From positions 1-64,000 of the forward strand of contig NMRA01000978.1 in assembly GCA_002633005.1 (NCBI GenBank): a stretch of 64,000 bases of DNA, in the 5' to 3' direction. Of this stretch, positions 13,421 to 26,109 are shown one piece after another. Numbering within the stretch: the first letter of the stretch is position 1; every line of letters begins with the position of its first letter. The stretch is from Phoronis australis. Lineage: Eukaryota > Animalia > Phoronida. Below the pieces are notes generated by a model, which was not told where the DNA came from, ran no database searches, and was given only the letters and a program-made list of their open reading frames with translations. The position numbers and the translations under genes were made by a program.

Positions 13421-13439
13421 AATTTCAATCGATCGTCGT

Positions 13440-14150
13440 ATGTTTACGTGCCACAGCCGTTACGAAATGGTGTCTCTACATGATGCAGCTGGGCACCGAG
13501 GGTATGAGAGAACATTTGCTTTGATTAGCAATCGTTACTTTTGGGTAGGGATTCAGGGAGATATGTGGCGCAAATCATGTGCGAGATGTTAAATTGCCGT
13601 TAAGGGTCCATACAAGAAACCGAAGACGATCATGACTCACTTGACTGCAAGTAGACCCAACGAAGTGTTGATCGTTAATTTTACTGTTCTAGAGCAGTCC
13701 AGTGACGGTAGAGAAAACATTTTAGTGATGGCTGACTATTCACAAAGTTTACACTGGTTGCTGTGACACGCAGTCAAACTGCCCTGACTGTTTGTTGCCA
13801 AGGTTTAACTGAGCTATGGTTCAATAAGTTTGGTTTCATGGACAAGATTCATAGCAATCAGGGTCGTAATTATCAAAGCGATCTGGTCAAACAGTTGTGT
13901 GAATTATATGAAGTTTAGAAATCCCTTAAAACCCCGTGTCATCCTGAAGGAAATTCACAATGTGGGCGCTTTAATCGCATATATTGTAGAATCTGTTGAA
14001 AACTTTGCCAATTGATCACAAGCGTACATGTAAATGGCCGGAGTATGTGCATGATCTAGCGATGTATTATAGTACTCTGCACATCACTATTAAGTACTCT
14101 CCGTTGTTCTTGTTCTTTGGCGAGGAACCGAAATTCCCTTCGGATTTTCT
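13440..14150 (+). pseudogene. pol: Gypsy integrase remnant
   Basis: LHDAAGHRGYERTFALISNRYFWVG..CARC (HHCC); ASRPNEVLIVNFTVLEQSSDGRENILVMAD; FGFMDKIHSNQGRNYQSDLVKQLCELY; frameshifted. Confidence 0.9.
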
Positions 14151-14349
14151 CTAGCGTCTTGATGCAACAAACCTGGCAGATGGTTGCACAAAGGAGTAGA
14201 CCCTATGTGAAATTGAGAGCAGCTAAAATGAAAACCGCTTGGTAGCTTACTCAGTATTTTACTGACACTTCGAAGGATAGAAATAAAGCTAGAAATGATA
14301 CTAACCTGGTTCCCGGGGATCACAAGATTACGGCACGGATAACTTGTGA

Positions 14350-14837
14350 AGGCCCAGGTACCGCAGGGTACTAGAACGATGGTTTTCATTGGCTGTCAGC
14401 TGGCGATTTTTAACCAGGAAGTTGACGTGCGCATGCTTATATCCGGTAAATACGTTATCAGGTCGCCAGGTGCCGCGAGAGTAAACGTTATTTTTGGGTT
14501 ACGTTTGCGGTGGCACTCTCTGGTGAGATAGCTGTTCATATTGTTATTTTATCAACAAACTGAGCTGAAATTCACGTAATTATCGATTCATTATTATGAA
14601 AATAAATCTATATTAACAATGGCTTCACTCTTTTCACTTGGTTTTTTCAGTATGGCTTCACTCTTTTCACTTGTTTTTTCAGTTTCAGAATTTGAACGCT
14701 TTATAAAACGTCACTTCCTGAGTAGACGACGAGTAATTAATTAAATTACAAAAAGCAGTAAATAAGAAAATATGTTTGGGATAATCAACGAACTCTATTT
14801 TTGCTAAAACTGACATGAAAAAAGGTTGCCTTCGCCT
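14350..14837. mobile_element. Possible Kolobok-type MITE
   Basis: AGGCCCAGGTACC at left and GGTTGCCTTCGCCT|ttaa at right; contains a 33-bp tandem duplication near 14619-14684. Confidence 0.35.
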
Positions 14838-16880
14838 TTAATAACCTATTCCCCAAGCACCACTGGTGTAGTCAGCATTATTCAACAGAGGTTACCAAAC
14901 TTGAAGTTGTTGGCGACCAATGGTTGTGACGGTAATGAGAGGCAACCTGGAGGCACTGCATGAACAGGGGACAGGGACAGGGGAGCTAGGCAAACACAAA
15001 ATTGAAATGAGTTTCTATCAGGGGAAGGGTCTACAATGAAGAGAGTGTAACCTTGTTGTGCGACCTATGGCTATGTTAATGCCCAGACTTAGTACTTCAG
15101 TCTATCCTTAAGCTAGACCATATTTCTAATCAATACATCAAAAAAATGAAGTTCCCAATGTTAGACAATTTTTTTATCATGTTGTGTGTTTTGTAGCTTA
15201 TGAGTGTAATATTTCTAGGAACATATTAATGATGTCACGGTTTATAATTTTTAGTCAACGTGAGGGTGTTTGCCAGTGCAAATGTTCTAAAGCATTTCAC
15301 ACTGCCCAACTCTTGCCACGAGGAGGCCCCTTCAATAAGAGTCAAATTTGTAATTTTGAAAAACTTTTCGAAAAGACCGAACTGTTGACTAAAATCATTG
15401 CTGTATTATGTAGATCATAACCACACGAATGAAACACTAGCATGTTGCTCAAAACACTGAGCAAAACATAATGGTAATAATCGCATACAGGGGACCCCCC
15501 ACTTTGAGAACCAATGTTTTCTACTGCATAACAGGAACCAGTTTTTCACTGAATAGCAGGCGTTAAAACTTGTTCTCAAAATGCAGACTGCCAGTGAGTG
15601 ACTATTGCCTGGATAACAATCCAACCCACCTAACACACAAGAAACCTTTGATTTGGGTTAAGTGACCAAACTTAAAATCTTTGAAGTACCCCACCTCCCA
15701 ATTTTGAAATGTGAGATGTTTTTGCAACTAGTCATTTCAACGAATCAGATTTTTTAAGTTCGCTTGCTTACAAAGTCTAACTCCAGGATGCTTTGATTAC
15801 AACTAACCATAGTAGTTTCTGAATGTTTTAGAATGGTTCTGGTTTTGCAATTAGACTGAAATTAATAGATGATTGTTGCAAACTGCAACACTTGGCAGTC
15901 ATTGCTAAATGGCACCCCCAAAAGCGATAATGTCAGTCATTATAAAACTATTGCTAGACTACTTAATGTTTGTGTGTTTAGGACCATTGACTGCATTTTT
16001 ATGTTCCTAACTTCTGTTAGTAGTGACAAGTGTGCCAGTCTATTATGCAATGACAGTGAATAATAGCAGAATTTCAGCATATATCCTTATCTAAGGCTTA
16101 TCTGTCCCACTACTTCAATCTTCACGGTATTCACGGGAGCTTATATAACGTACATGAACATGTTAACATACGAGAGGGTATGCTCTGAAAAGATCGAGAC
16201 AATCTCCCGTGGTCGCGACGCACTCAGTTACTCCTTTCCCACTATTCGGTGCTATAGTACGCCTAAAATGACTGTTGAGTGTGGCCTAATTTCTTCCACA
16301 AATTATTTCGTAAAAAGTCACATCACTTCAGAATCCAGCATAGTATACAAGATAATTATCATAAAATGTTTCGTATATGTTACTGGTGATGTATTTCTTG
16401 ACTCGTTAGCTTTGAAATGCGGGAGTTCGATGCAAACAGAGAGATTTAAACGACTGTAAATCCCTCGATATTCTTTTACTGGAAGTCGCCATGTTGGTGA
16501 ACTGGTTTTGTCCTAATATACAACTGACCAATAGAATGCTTTGTTTCTTGAAATCGGAACAGCCGATGATATTCCAAGAATGCGGATGGAAAAGTGCCAT
16601 GTAAAAGACCCCAACCAATCTCGTGGGTCTGTGCAGGAGACTAGAAATGATACACGTGTTTTCGCCAAATCACTTCCGGTTAGTGCAACGGTATTTCTGA
16701 GAGATCACAGTATCATGGGGAGGAATAAAATTCAGAATGTATTTGGTTCATTTCCTTATCGTCTTGTGTCTCGGAGAAACAATGCATATTCTGTGCGGGC
16801 GGCAGATTTTGCCTGACTCATTCATTAATACTGTGAATAGATCGAAGATCTTGGATGGTAGGGACTTGATAGGTCTCTAG

Positions 16881-18966
16881 TTTTTATGCGCCCACATATC
16901 TATATGGCCGTCATCTCTCTTTAGGCGTCCGTCGTCAGGCGTCCGGCGTCGGCAGCTGTATCTCCTAAACTCCTCACAGGATCTTGATGAGATTTGACAG
17001 ATGTGTTCCTATAAAGCTGACCACGGACGACATCGAATTTCGGAGGGAGCCTACTACTGGTGTGGCCCCTAATGGCAGTTTTATTTTTTTACGTTTACCT
17101 CTGTATCTTCAAAGTAGAGAATTACGAAATATAGAAGGCGCTTGCTATTCGCCCTAGCCGCCATGTTCCTTTTGTCTCTAAGTCCATTGTTTAATTAGCG
17201 GTAAGATTCCCTCATTTATTGTAGTCTTAGCACATCTCTAGCATTGTTAACCTATTGTAATCACACGTCACTTGTCACCGACCTAGTACATGTATTTACC
17301 CCCTGTCTCTGTTCTTTGAGGTTACGATCATTCGTAACTTGCGAGTTATTTTCTACAAAGGTCCTCAACATATTTTCATGAAACTTGGCACATAGGCATC
17401 TATAAATGAGGTGACGCTATCCTCCCGTTTTGGGATGGATTCGACGAATTTTGCGCTACCTTGTAGCAATTTTTACTGTTTTTTGTCCGCAAGTCTTATC
17501 AACCAAACTGCTCTACGTATGATTGTAAAAATTGTGGTGTACATGTATGTTCTTACTGTGAAGAGGGGGGCTGGCGATGACTTACGACGACTTTGACTAC
17601 TGTGGCGCCTCCTAGTGGCAGTTTTGTTTAATTTGGCGCCTATGGCTGTATCTCGTAAACGCTCTGCAGGATCTTTATTAAATTTAGCAAGTGTACTTAT
17701 AATTATGAAGTTAACAAAGGACAACGATGACTTTCGGATGGATCGGACTACCGGTGTTCCCCTAGTGGCAATTTTATTTTTTTTTACGTTTACCTCTGTT
17801 TCTTAAAAGATCCTCAACGGATTTTCATAAAATTTGGAAGATAGTCATTTATTAGTGAGATGGCGCTTTACTTTTGTTTTCAGATGGATTCAAGGCATTT
17901 TGCGCCACCTAGTGGCCATTTTTACTGTTTTTTGGTGTTCGGCCCTTTTTCAACCAAACCACTATAACAATGGTTTTAAAGCAAACCACACTAACGATGG
18001 TTTTAAAAATTGGCATATATGTTCCTACTGTGAAGAGGACGGGTGAGGGTGATTTTCCAACGACTTCTAGTACTTTGGCGCCTCCTAGTGGCAGTTTTGA
18101 TTTTATGAATCCATACCTATATCTTCTCAACCCACTGCAGTAGCTCTATTAAATTTAATAAGCGTATTTATATGAAATTGCCAACGGATGACAAGGACTT
18201 TCAGACATATCCGACGATCGCGTTGCCCCTAGTGGCAATTTCATTTTTCCGTTTTCCTCTATTTTTCTGAAGTTCCTTGACGGATATTTATGAAACTTAA
18301 TAAACAGCTTTCTATTAAAAAAATGATGACATTTTTCCATTTTCGGGTGGACTGGACGTATTTTGCGCCATCTAGTGGTCATCCTTACTGTTTTTGGGTC
18401 TATCAACCAAACCGCTCTAAGGATGTTTGTGAAAATTGGCATATTTTTCTTAGTATGAAGAAGACAGTTGACGATGATTTTTCGGCTACTTTGACTACTG
18501 TGGCGCGCCCTAGTGGCTGTTTTGTTTTTTTTTTGCTTCCATAGCTGTATCTCCTAAACCCCATTCCAGGATATGAAGTTGACAAACGGACGACGACTTT
18601 GAGACGGGTCCGACGAACGGTGTGCCATGGGCGCGTACCATAAGGGTTCGGGGCTATAGCCCCCCACTTTTTCAGTGCACCACAAGGGGGGCTGAAGGGG
18701 CTTTAGCCTCCCACTTTTTCAGCACTGCGTCGCCCATGTGTGCCCCTAGTGGCAATTTCATTTTTCCAATATCCTCCGTTTCTCTGAAGCTCTTTCACGG
18801 ATTTTCATGAAATTTTCTAAATAGCTTTCTATTAAAAAAAAAACGATGACATGTTGCCATTTCCGGATGGATTCGACGTATTTTGCGCCGTCTAGTGGCC
18901 ATTTTTAGGATACCGTTTGCGGTGCATTCGTGGGTGCATTTCAACGCTCGGTGCTACTCTGGTTTT
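16881..18966 (+). mobile_element. Helentron-associated (DINE-1/HINE-like) element with an internal ~150-bp tandem array
   Basis: TTTTT-ATGCGCCCAC (16886) and GTGGGTGCAT (18930) subterminal inverted repeat; (CGTC)-like microsatellite near the 5' end; T-run ends; about 11 diverged monomers. Confidence 0.75.
18627..18738. mobile_element. Small MITE nested in the HINE array
   Basis: CATGGGCG...CGCCCATG TIR flanked by a TGTGC duplication; interrupts one monomer. Confidence 0.75.
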
Positions 18967-19193
18967 CTCTCCTGCTGCTGCTGTTGCGAGCGCGCCAGGC
19001 GTTGCTGTGCTGGAAGTGGGATTTGCGTTCTGATGTTTGTGGTATGAGAAGACTGAATGTTTTCCATTATTTTTCATTTCACTGCGCTTTATTTGCATAT
19101 TGTATGTTAATGATGATTGAAAAAAGGGTTTTCATAGTCTCGGTGAAGGTATGGTATTAGTAGAATCAACTGAGAGATTAAAATGTTATGAGT

Positions 19194-19236
19194 TCGTACG
19201 TTTCGGGGACTACTATCTACAATCCTTTGTCAACGA
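19194..19236 (-). ncRNA. Minimal type I hammerhead ribozyme (Penelope-associated)
   Basis: Minus strand reads ucg-UUGACAA-aGGAUUGU..GUAGUCC-cc-GAAA-CGUA-cga: U3-A8 core variant, helix II and palindromic ACGU helix III. Confidence 0.6.
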
Positions 19237-19239
19237 CTG

Positions 19240-19500
19240 TTGACGGGACGTCCAGGTTTCCCGCCGTTCTGTTCTCCGGAAGTAGTATTTTGACGTCGTA
19301 GTCCTTGATCTCGATTCATTTCTTGAGAACCAGCTCCCCTCTTTAGCCAGGATCTTGGTATGTTTACCACATACAGTATGGCCAGAGGTTACCAGATGTT
19401 CTCCCACGCCAGTGGACTTGAATGTCCAGTTTGTTGTGCTCTTTGATTCTGGTACCTAGGGATCGCTTAGTCTCGCCCATGTAGGTATGACACGCATTCC
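19240..19500 (-). pseudogene. Penelope-like element GIY-YIG endonuclease remnant
   Basis: CHTYMGETKRSLGTRIKEH and VGEHLVTSGHTVCGKHTKILAKEGSWFSR on the minus strand, with a frameshift. Confidence 0.85.
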
Positions 19501-20787
19501 ACCCCCCTCGATCGCCAATGTTCTGTCATACATGTATATCAACCGTCATGCACTGAAGATACGATTCAAAATTCATCTACATGTTATGTTAATACTGGTG
19601 AGTGATATTAGAAATGAACTCAACATCTTGCCAGTGGCGTATACATGTATACTGTTCCACTAATTCTGCCTTCAAATGTCCCTTCAATACTTATAATATA
19701 TTTTGTTTAATTCACTGGTACTCTCCACTTGAATCTTTTTAAATTAAGAAGCTCTTCGATTTTTTACGAATCAGAAAATGAGTAATCTAAAAAATGAATG
19801 CACTAACAAAAGTCTCTTTAGACTAAAATGTCTTAACCTACGACCTGTCTACACATGATCTAGCTGAGGCCGAAGTGAGTGATCGAACAACGCATCAACT
19901 TCTTTAAACGTTTATTTCTTATTGGAGAGGAGGAGGTTATCTAAAAAATAATGACGCTTGTAGGCTAACATTCCAAAAGTATTCTAAATATGTCCCTCAA
20001 TACGCTCGTCAAGCACACGGGGCTCGTAATAACGGATTGACAATCTGTTATTACGCCACCAATATGCACTTACGGATTTACAACCTGTAAAGGCAGATTG
20101 CAAATACGTATAATTACAAATTTTTAATCAGTTATAACAGATTCAATTTTTATTTTTTCTGGCATGACAGGTGGTCCTTCGTACATGTACATTTCTGAAA
20201 TACAAACAAAATAAAACTATCAAAGTAGAATATAGTTCCCTTAACCTCGTGCTCTCTGTGCTGGAATGCGTGAGAAGACCTATACTTTCAAGTACATTAA
20301 ATTTAATATCCTTCGCGTGGAGTTAACTGTCAGACGAAAATATACAACGCCAATCACCGTAGTCTGGGGGTCGCAATCAAACGAAATCGAATACAGTCTA
20401 CAGCGACGTCTTTCCTGAAGTTAACGAAGACTCCTTCATTGTTATTAACTGGTGAAACATAAGAAATAGTTGGCTTGCTTTTATTTCCTTTATATAAGAT
20501 AGTCTCTCTATACTAAAGTACATTGTTTCCATTATTGCATAGGTGTCTCTCACAGAAGCGTTATCGTTCCCCTTTCTGTAGTTCACTGTTCTTTGTTGTA
20601 CCCATTTGATTTCCAAGTGACTACGGAGCATCTTTGAGGTAACTCCTCGGTCTCTGAAATATAACGCAGTGTGTTCATGGACTATAGTAGACACTGAGGG
20701 ACTGCCAACTACCGTTCAAGCGCGTGAGATATATTGTGAGACAGTGCACTTTCCTTTGCATGCCAACATCATAGCACACTGGACCAG

Positions 20788-20940
20788 ACCGTCTCGCTAC
20801 CCTGGGACTGGGACAGTGCATGATGATTCATGTAAGTGGTAGTGTTGTGCGACCCAGGAAACAACCGTCTCGCCCCCCTGGGACTGGGACAGTTCATGAT
20901 GATTCATGTAAGTAGTAGTGTTGTGCGACCCAGGAAACAA
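20788..20940. repeat. 76-bp tandem duplication (2 copies)
   Basis: accgtctcgc..ctgggactgggacag..gacccaggaaaca repeated with few mismatches. Confidence 0.9.
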
Positions 20941-21802
20941 AACGTCCGGTTTTATGAAACGATGATTTGAGGCTATGTTGTATGTGTTTAATAAGTTTTA
21001 TTTCCTAAACTGAGTTTAAGGAATTTCAGCAAAAATTGTTCTTGAAATGAAACACTACTATATTTTCATATACACGAAACACGTTGTTAAAATTTTTAAA
21101 AATTTGAATAAGTATTAAAATGCTATAGCGCGGCTCCAGGCGCGATACAGGCCTGTGGACGCCGACGCTTTGACAGCCCACTTTAACATGAGCACGGTTA
21201 TGGGCCGCCGCTCCAACCGGCCATGTTTCGGAGTCCCTTATGGTGTGAACCCCCTAGCTCCATAGACCCTATTCACGCCGACAGGAGGCGAGTTCCAAAA
21301 CGAAGGCTCGCTACGATAGCTCTGGTGGCTTATCCGCGTAGTTGTACACCGCGTTGCCCGAACAGCTAGAAAAATACGGACACTCTGTTTTATAATCCCT
21401 AAGAACGTTGGGATTCGAAAGCGTTGGGTCTATGCCATACGTCGCGACGAAGGAAAATATGTCCGTGTAAAATTTATAACTGTTTTCGAATCACAATTTC
21501 TCGCATCTCGGACTGGATGCCGCCATAGCAGCTAGGACCGGAGAACCTTCGGCCAGCCAGGTTGTGTTTTCATGACTATGAGTTGAAGCGCGATGCATTT
21601 TTCTTTACAAAAAGGACAGGGCCCTCAATCCCTCAATTTTGGGGCCAAATATCTGCCCTATATTCCCCTCTCAAAAATATTGAAAAATCACGCGAAATTC
21701 CCGGCCACGAGGCCTAAAAATCCCCTTTGTGATTGAAAATTTCTCTCCAACGGTTCAAATCACCTGTGACCACAGAGTTGACAATTTGAAAAAGTACAAA
21801 AT

Positions 21803-22032
21803 CATAGGCGGATTGAGGGGGGGAGGGCAGGGGCCGCCCNNNNNNNNNNNNNNNNNNNNNNNNNNNNNNNNNNNNNNNNNNNNNNNNNNNNNNNNNNNNN
21901 NNNNNNNNNNNNNNNNNNNNNNNNNNNNNNNNNNNNNNNNNNNNNNNNNNNNNNNNNNNNNNNNNNNNNNNNNNNNNNNNNNNNNNNNNNNNNNNNNNNC
22001 TAGGCCTATATGGTATCTTAGATCAGCCACTG
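21803..22032. mobile_element. MITE spanning an assembly gap
   Basis: CATAGGCGGAT ... ATCAGCCACTG termini with AAAAT duplicated on both sides. Confidence 0.55.
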
Positions 22033-22229
22033 AAAATGCTACTTGAGACAGAGCTATGAGAGCTTGCGAAAGGGTGGTGTGCTATTGATGGTGATCGGGA
22101 GGTGAGTAGTTTTCACTGACCCGTCACTCGGCGAAACGTTCCTCTCTCAGAAGGCCGCGCACACATGAGGCACCTTTCCCCTCGGATATGGACTAGGCCT
22201 CTGAAGAAACATGATAACTATGCTTGTTC

Positions 22230-22373
22230 CAGGGGGATCCAGGACTTTGAGTTAGGTGGTGGGGGCAAGGCAGAGTATTAGCCAGGATTTTGCCCGTCAG
22301 AAATTCGCACTCCTGAACTGGCAAATGGAATCTGGGAGAATTTCAGGGGGGCTCCCCTCTAAATCCGCCACTG
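22230..22373 (-). mobile_element. ~140-bp MITE, copy 2, with 5-bp TSD
   Basis: CAGGGGGATCC...AAATCCGCCACTG flanked by TGTTC on both sides. Confidence 0.85.
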
Positions 22374-23223
22374 TGTTCTGTCCAGTTAACTGAAATTGAG
22401 CTCTAAAACGAGGCTATGCTTTAGACGAAAGAACTAGGTGTTTTAATTTTAAAATTCAACTTGGTCGATATTTGAAAACTATAACACATGAAATAGACGT
22501 AATTATTAAAACCAAGAAAGCAGAATTGATGGTCATATAATTTTTATTTTCAATTGCTAGCCTAGTTTTTTATCGTAATCAAAATATATATCTAATAATA
22601 TCAAGTATTACTTCAGATCAATGACAAATCAACTGTTAGTCCCGGTAGTGCCTACCTCACCAGGAATTAGGCTATGCTTGAAGCTAATAGGCCTACTCTT
22701 GATCAACAAATTAAACCAGATGAGACTAATTGCACATGACAGCAAAATGCTATGAGCCACCACTGTCGAATATATCTTCAACTCGTCAACAATACGACCA
22801 GATGACCTGGTTCGTGTAGAAAGCATTTTTATCAAGAATTTATTAGAAGAAACGTAACCCTGCATTCAGCATACATGTATTACCTAATCCGTAACACTAC
22901 GATCGCCGCAATTAGGTCATGATTACTTTCCATGTTTCGAACCTAGTTTTCCGGAAAAAAGCCTATATCTTTTCGTCAGACAACTCTTTGGTGCATTGAC
23001 TTGTTCTTGAACTGTATTTTTCTACGTCTCTGTGGTTAATTATTGACATTTTTTAAGATTTAACATTCAGGTTGGACTCCAAAGACCGGCCATTTAACTC
23101 ACGCAATGTAAATTTCCGCTTTGTTCATCGCAGTGAGCCTCGCTTTGGATTTTAATGTCCGCCGCGTGAATAGAGTGTATGATCTTTGACCTATCCATGC
23201 TTTTATGTAATTGACCTATAGCC

Positions 23224-23377
23224 AGCCTTCCGTTCAGTAACGCTAGGTCCTCGCTAAAAGCAAGACTTCGCGAGATTACATGAGACATTGACGTTTATTT
23301 TTAATGAGAGCACCTGACTTTGACTAGATTTTAGCTAGGTCCTAGCGTAGGTCCTAGTGTTACTGAACGCACGCCAG
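23224..23377. mobile_element. ~155-bp MITE (CGTTCAGTAACGCTAGG TIR), copy 1
   Basis: TIRs, plus an inverted homologue at 59112-59270. Confidence 0.8.
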
Positions 23378-23522
23378 GATTATGACTGACGTCTTATCTG
23401 ACCAATCAGAACGCAGCATTTTTGACACACCTGCGTTTCCAAGCCGTCATTTTACCCGACAAACAACACGTTGTCCTGTAATACTTATTTTAGTCTATAG
23501 CTCAAGAAATTGTGTGATAAGA

Positions 23523-23736
23523 ATGTTGACACGGTGTTGATATAGCGCGTGTAATTCCGACAGCCGCTATGCAGCTCGAAAAGAATATCCCGTCACTTTG
23601 GTCATCTCCTAAGCCGAAAATTGATGTCGAAAGGTGTAAACTATGGATGAAACTGTATGAACGGCCACACGAACAGCTGCACTTGGCAATGTTGCTGGAT
23701 TACTTGAAGGTTGAACACAAATATAATTGTTCCAAG
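23523..23736 (+). pseudogene. THAP-domain remnant (transposase N-terminus)
   Basis: MLTRC*YSACNSDSRY...PKPKIDVERCKLWMKLYERPHEQL...HKYNCSK; one stop and one frameshift. Confidence 0.75.
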
Positions 23737-24649
23737 ATACGCACTTTTCAGTTTGGTGGCTAAAGCGTAAGCCTATCTGATTTTGACTACGGAGTTTCAC
23801 TCGTCTGGCCGCCTTTGTCTCGGCACCTGCTGGATCTCAGCACTAGTCTAGCGGTACAGTTCCCAGGAATTGTTGTTTTTAAGGGGATTTTTATTATTTT
23901 TCATTTATTTAGACCTAATGGACATCGTTTTGTTTCGTAGAAAAGGTGCATTTTTTGTTATTTGTTTTCCCGTAGACTGGCGTTCAACTGATCTTCTCTC
24001 CGAAATTGAGAGATTCGATCGGCACAGGGAGGGGCACTTGATTACTGAACTCAAAGCCTTGTTCGAAAAAAATAAAGAGCTGAATTACTTTTTGATGAGA
24101 ACCTCTTGCTAGAGAGAGCTCATTTTGAGGTTGTTCTATTTAGATTTATGAAGCTTTAAAAATGAATTTGAATTATTTTTGTAAATAGCCATTTTTGTCA
24201 ATACACCACTGAGACTTGTCATCTTATGTAACCATGCCACAGCTTAGTAATCATGCTATGTTTAAAATTATCTAAAAGCTACCTTTATGCAATGAAAGTA
24301 CAAAAATGCGAAGTTCACCCGAAGGTTGGCCTAACTTAAATGTCTTAATGGTGCAATTACGGCCAATTTCCGCCCATTAATTTGACTTGGGCACAGCCCT
24401 AGATCTACCGGAGCTAACTGCTTGACTAGGATAGATGAGTGTGCACCTGAGCTATGAACCTGAGGTTTTAATCAAAACATTTCGTTATAAATTTAGAAAA
24501 GCGTAGACAGTGCTATCGACTCGACCTACTTTACTCGGAATCCCACTTGTTGTGACCTACTTTTCATTTAGCGGATTTTAGCAGACGACAGATAATTCCA
24601 CTTTAAGATACATACCCAGATTTACATGAACATAAGTGGCCTTGTCATT

Positions 24650-24888
24650 TGACAGGTGAAGTTGAACCCCCTGTGGGGCTCTTCGGATTTTCGCTGGCTC
24701 CGAAATACTTTTCCTCGAACACTTATTTTTTCATCATCGCCTTTACAAATTCCCACATAATGAACGTGCGATTCTCTGCTGAAAAGCATTCACCTGTTGT
24801 CTTTGTCGCGGCGTTTTCAAATAGTGCAAAAACACTCATCGATTCCACCAGGAACGTCGTTTAACAACAGTGTATTTGCCTATGACAT
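24650..24888 (-). pseudogene. N-terminus of a SWIM/YqaJ-type accessory ORF
   Basis: GECFSAE.SHVHYVGICKGDDEKISVRGKVFRSQRKSEEPH resembles the G..FF.E.YVH / V...C.RSQRK.E.PH motifs of transposon YqaJ proteins. Confidence 0.5.
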
Positions 24889-25390
24889 CTTGTTTGTTTG
24901 TTTGTCGGGTGTTACCTGACTTTTCTCAAAGGGGCGGAGCTTGCGACAAGTCAATTGGTTAGGGAGATCATGCGGATCAAGAATGTAATTACATATTTGT
25001 GGCGATGTTTTCAGTCAAACCCCGGCCACTATGTCTGTCCAGTCGGCCTATCTAATCCGCTGTTCACCATTTTGTTTGTTTGGAAATAAAATTCGCCGTT
25101 TTATAGTTTGAGAAGAAACTTCTAGGAAAAACAATCCCATTAAGGTAATACTATTAATCTTTTCATGAAAATTTTTATTACGACAATAAACCCACGTTCC
25201 GTCCTTAATCGGATGTCGAGAAAAGATTTTGGTCTTGCAAACTGACAGTTGGTCATTGGTCGAGACGAATCATGTGACAAGACAGCTTGTATAGCTTACT
25301 TCAAGCTGATGAATAACGGGTTACCACTTCGTCCCTCGCCCAGGAATCACATCTGTTTTGATTAACGAACAACGGTAAGTGGGCTAAATC

Positions 25391-26109
25391 AAAATTTTGG
25401 TTTTTCTCACCGAAGGGGCGTTATAGTCGTGTTAAGTCTAAAAGTATCATACAGCAACTATTTGTAATAGGCCAGGCGGCTTTAGGAGGTTCAGGACACG
25501 GTCAAAAACAGTCACCGACATGCCGTTTTTTTGGTGCTACACGGACACTTTTTTCGAAAGTCAATGACATTTCCCACCCCTTATGGAATCTAAGATCCTC
25601 CATGAAGAACCAGGGCCCGGTCTCTAATCTTTGTACTCGAAACGAACTCGAAACTATTTTTGGCAATTTCTCTGCTCCTTTTGTGCGAACTTAAGATAAT
25701 TGGTTATCGGACTGTGCTCGAATACATTATAGTTTATGCATAGGAGTTTCTAGTTCAAGTTCGCCCTTGAAGACTCTTATATTCGTGCTACAAACTCGAG
25801 TAAAAACTCGAAATTTCGAGTTCAAACTCGAACTTATTGCTTTAATATTGGGTTTACAAACTGTGAACTAAGGGCAATAAATTATNAAAATTTTGGTTTT
25901 TCTCACCGAAGGGGCGTTATAGTCGTGTTAAGTCTAAAAGTATCATACAGCAACTATTTGTAATAGGCCAGGCGGCTTTAGGAGGTTCAGGACACGGTCA
26001 AAAACAGTCACCGGCATGCCGTTTTTTTGGTGCTACACGGACACTTTTTTCGAAAGTCAATGACATTTCCCACCCCTTATGGAATCTAAGATCCTCCATG
26101 AAGAACCAG
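25391..26109. repeat. 223-bp near-identical duplication across an N join (25391-25613 = 25887-26109)
   Basis: Direct sequence identity; the first copy is followed by a MITE and the second by the empty site. Confidence 0.85.
25613..25885 (+). mobile_element. Harbinger-like MITE (CAGGGCCCGGTCTCCAATC TIR family), left part
   Basis: Shares about 95 bp near-identically with 34558-34651; same terminus at 34755-34773 (inverted) and 53200. Confidence 0.8.

Larger units (their letters stand above)
11910..14160 (+). mobile_element. Internally deleted Ty3/Gypsy LTR retrotransposon (LTR end, gag, integrase)
   Basis: Possible LTR end TCTCACA (12001) then a TGGGGG PBS-like site; gag and integrase remnants below; no PR, RT or RNase H between them. 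Confidence 0.85.
23212..24953 (+). mobile_element. Internally deleted ISL2EU-like DNA transposon (THAP and YqaJ/SWIM ORF 5' ends, convergent)
   Basis: Imperfect TIR TGACCTATAGC / GCGACAAGTCA in an AT context; two convergent ORF remnants below. Confidence 0.55.
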
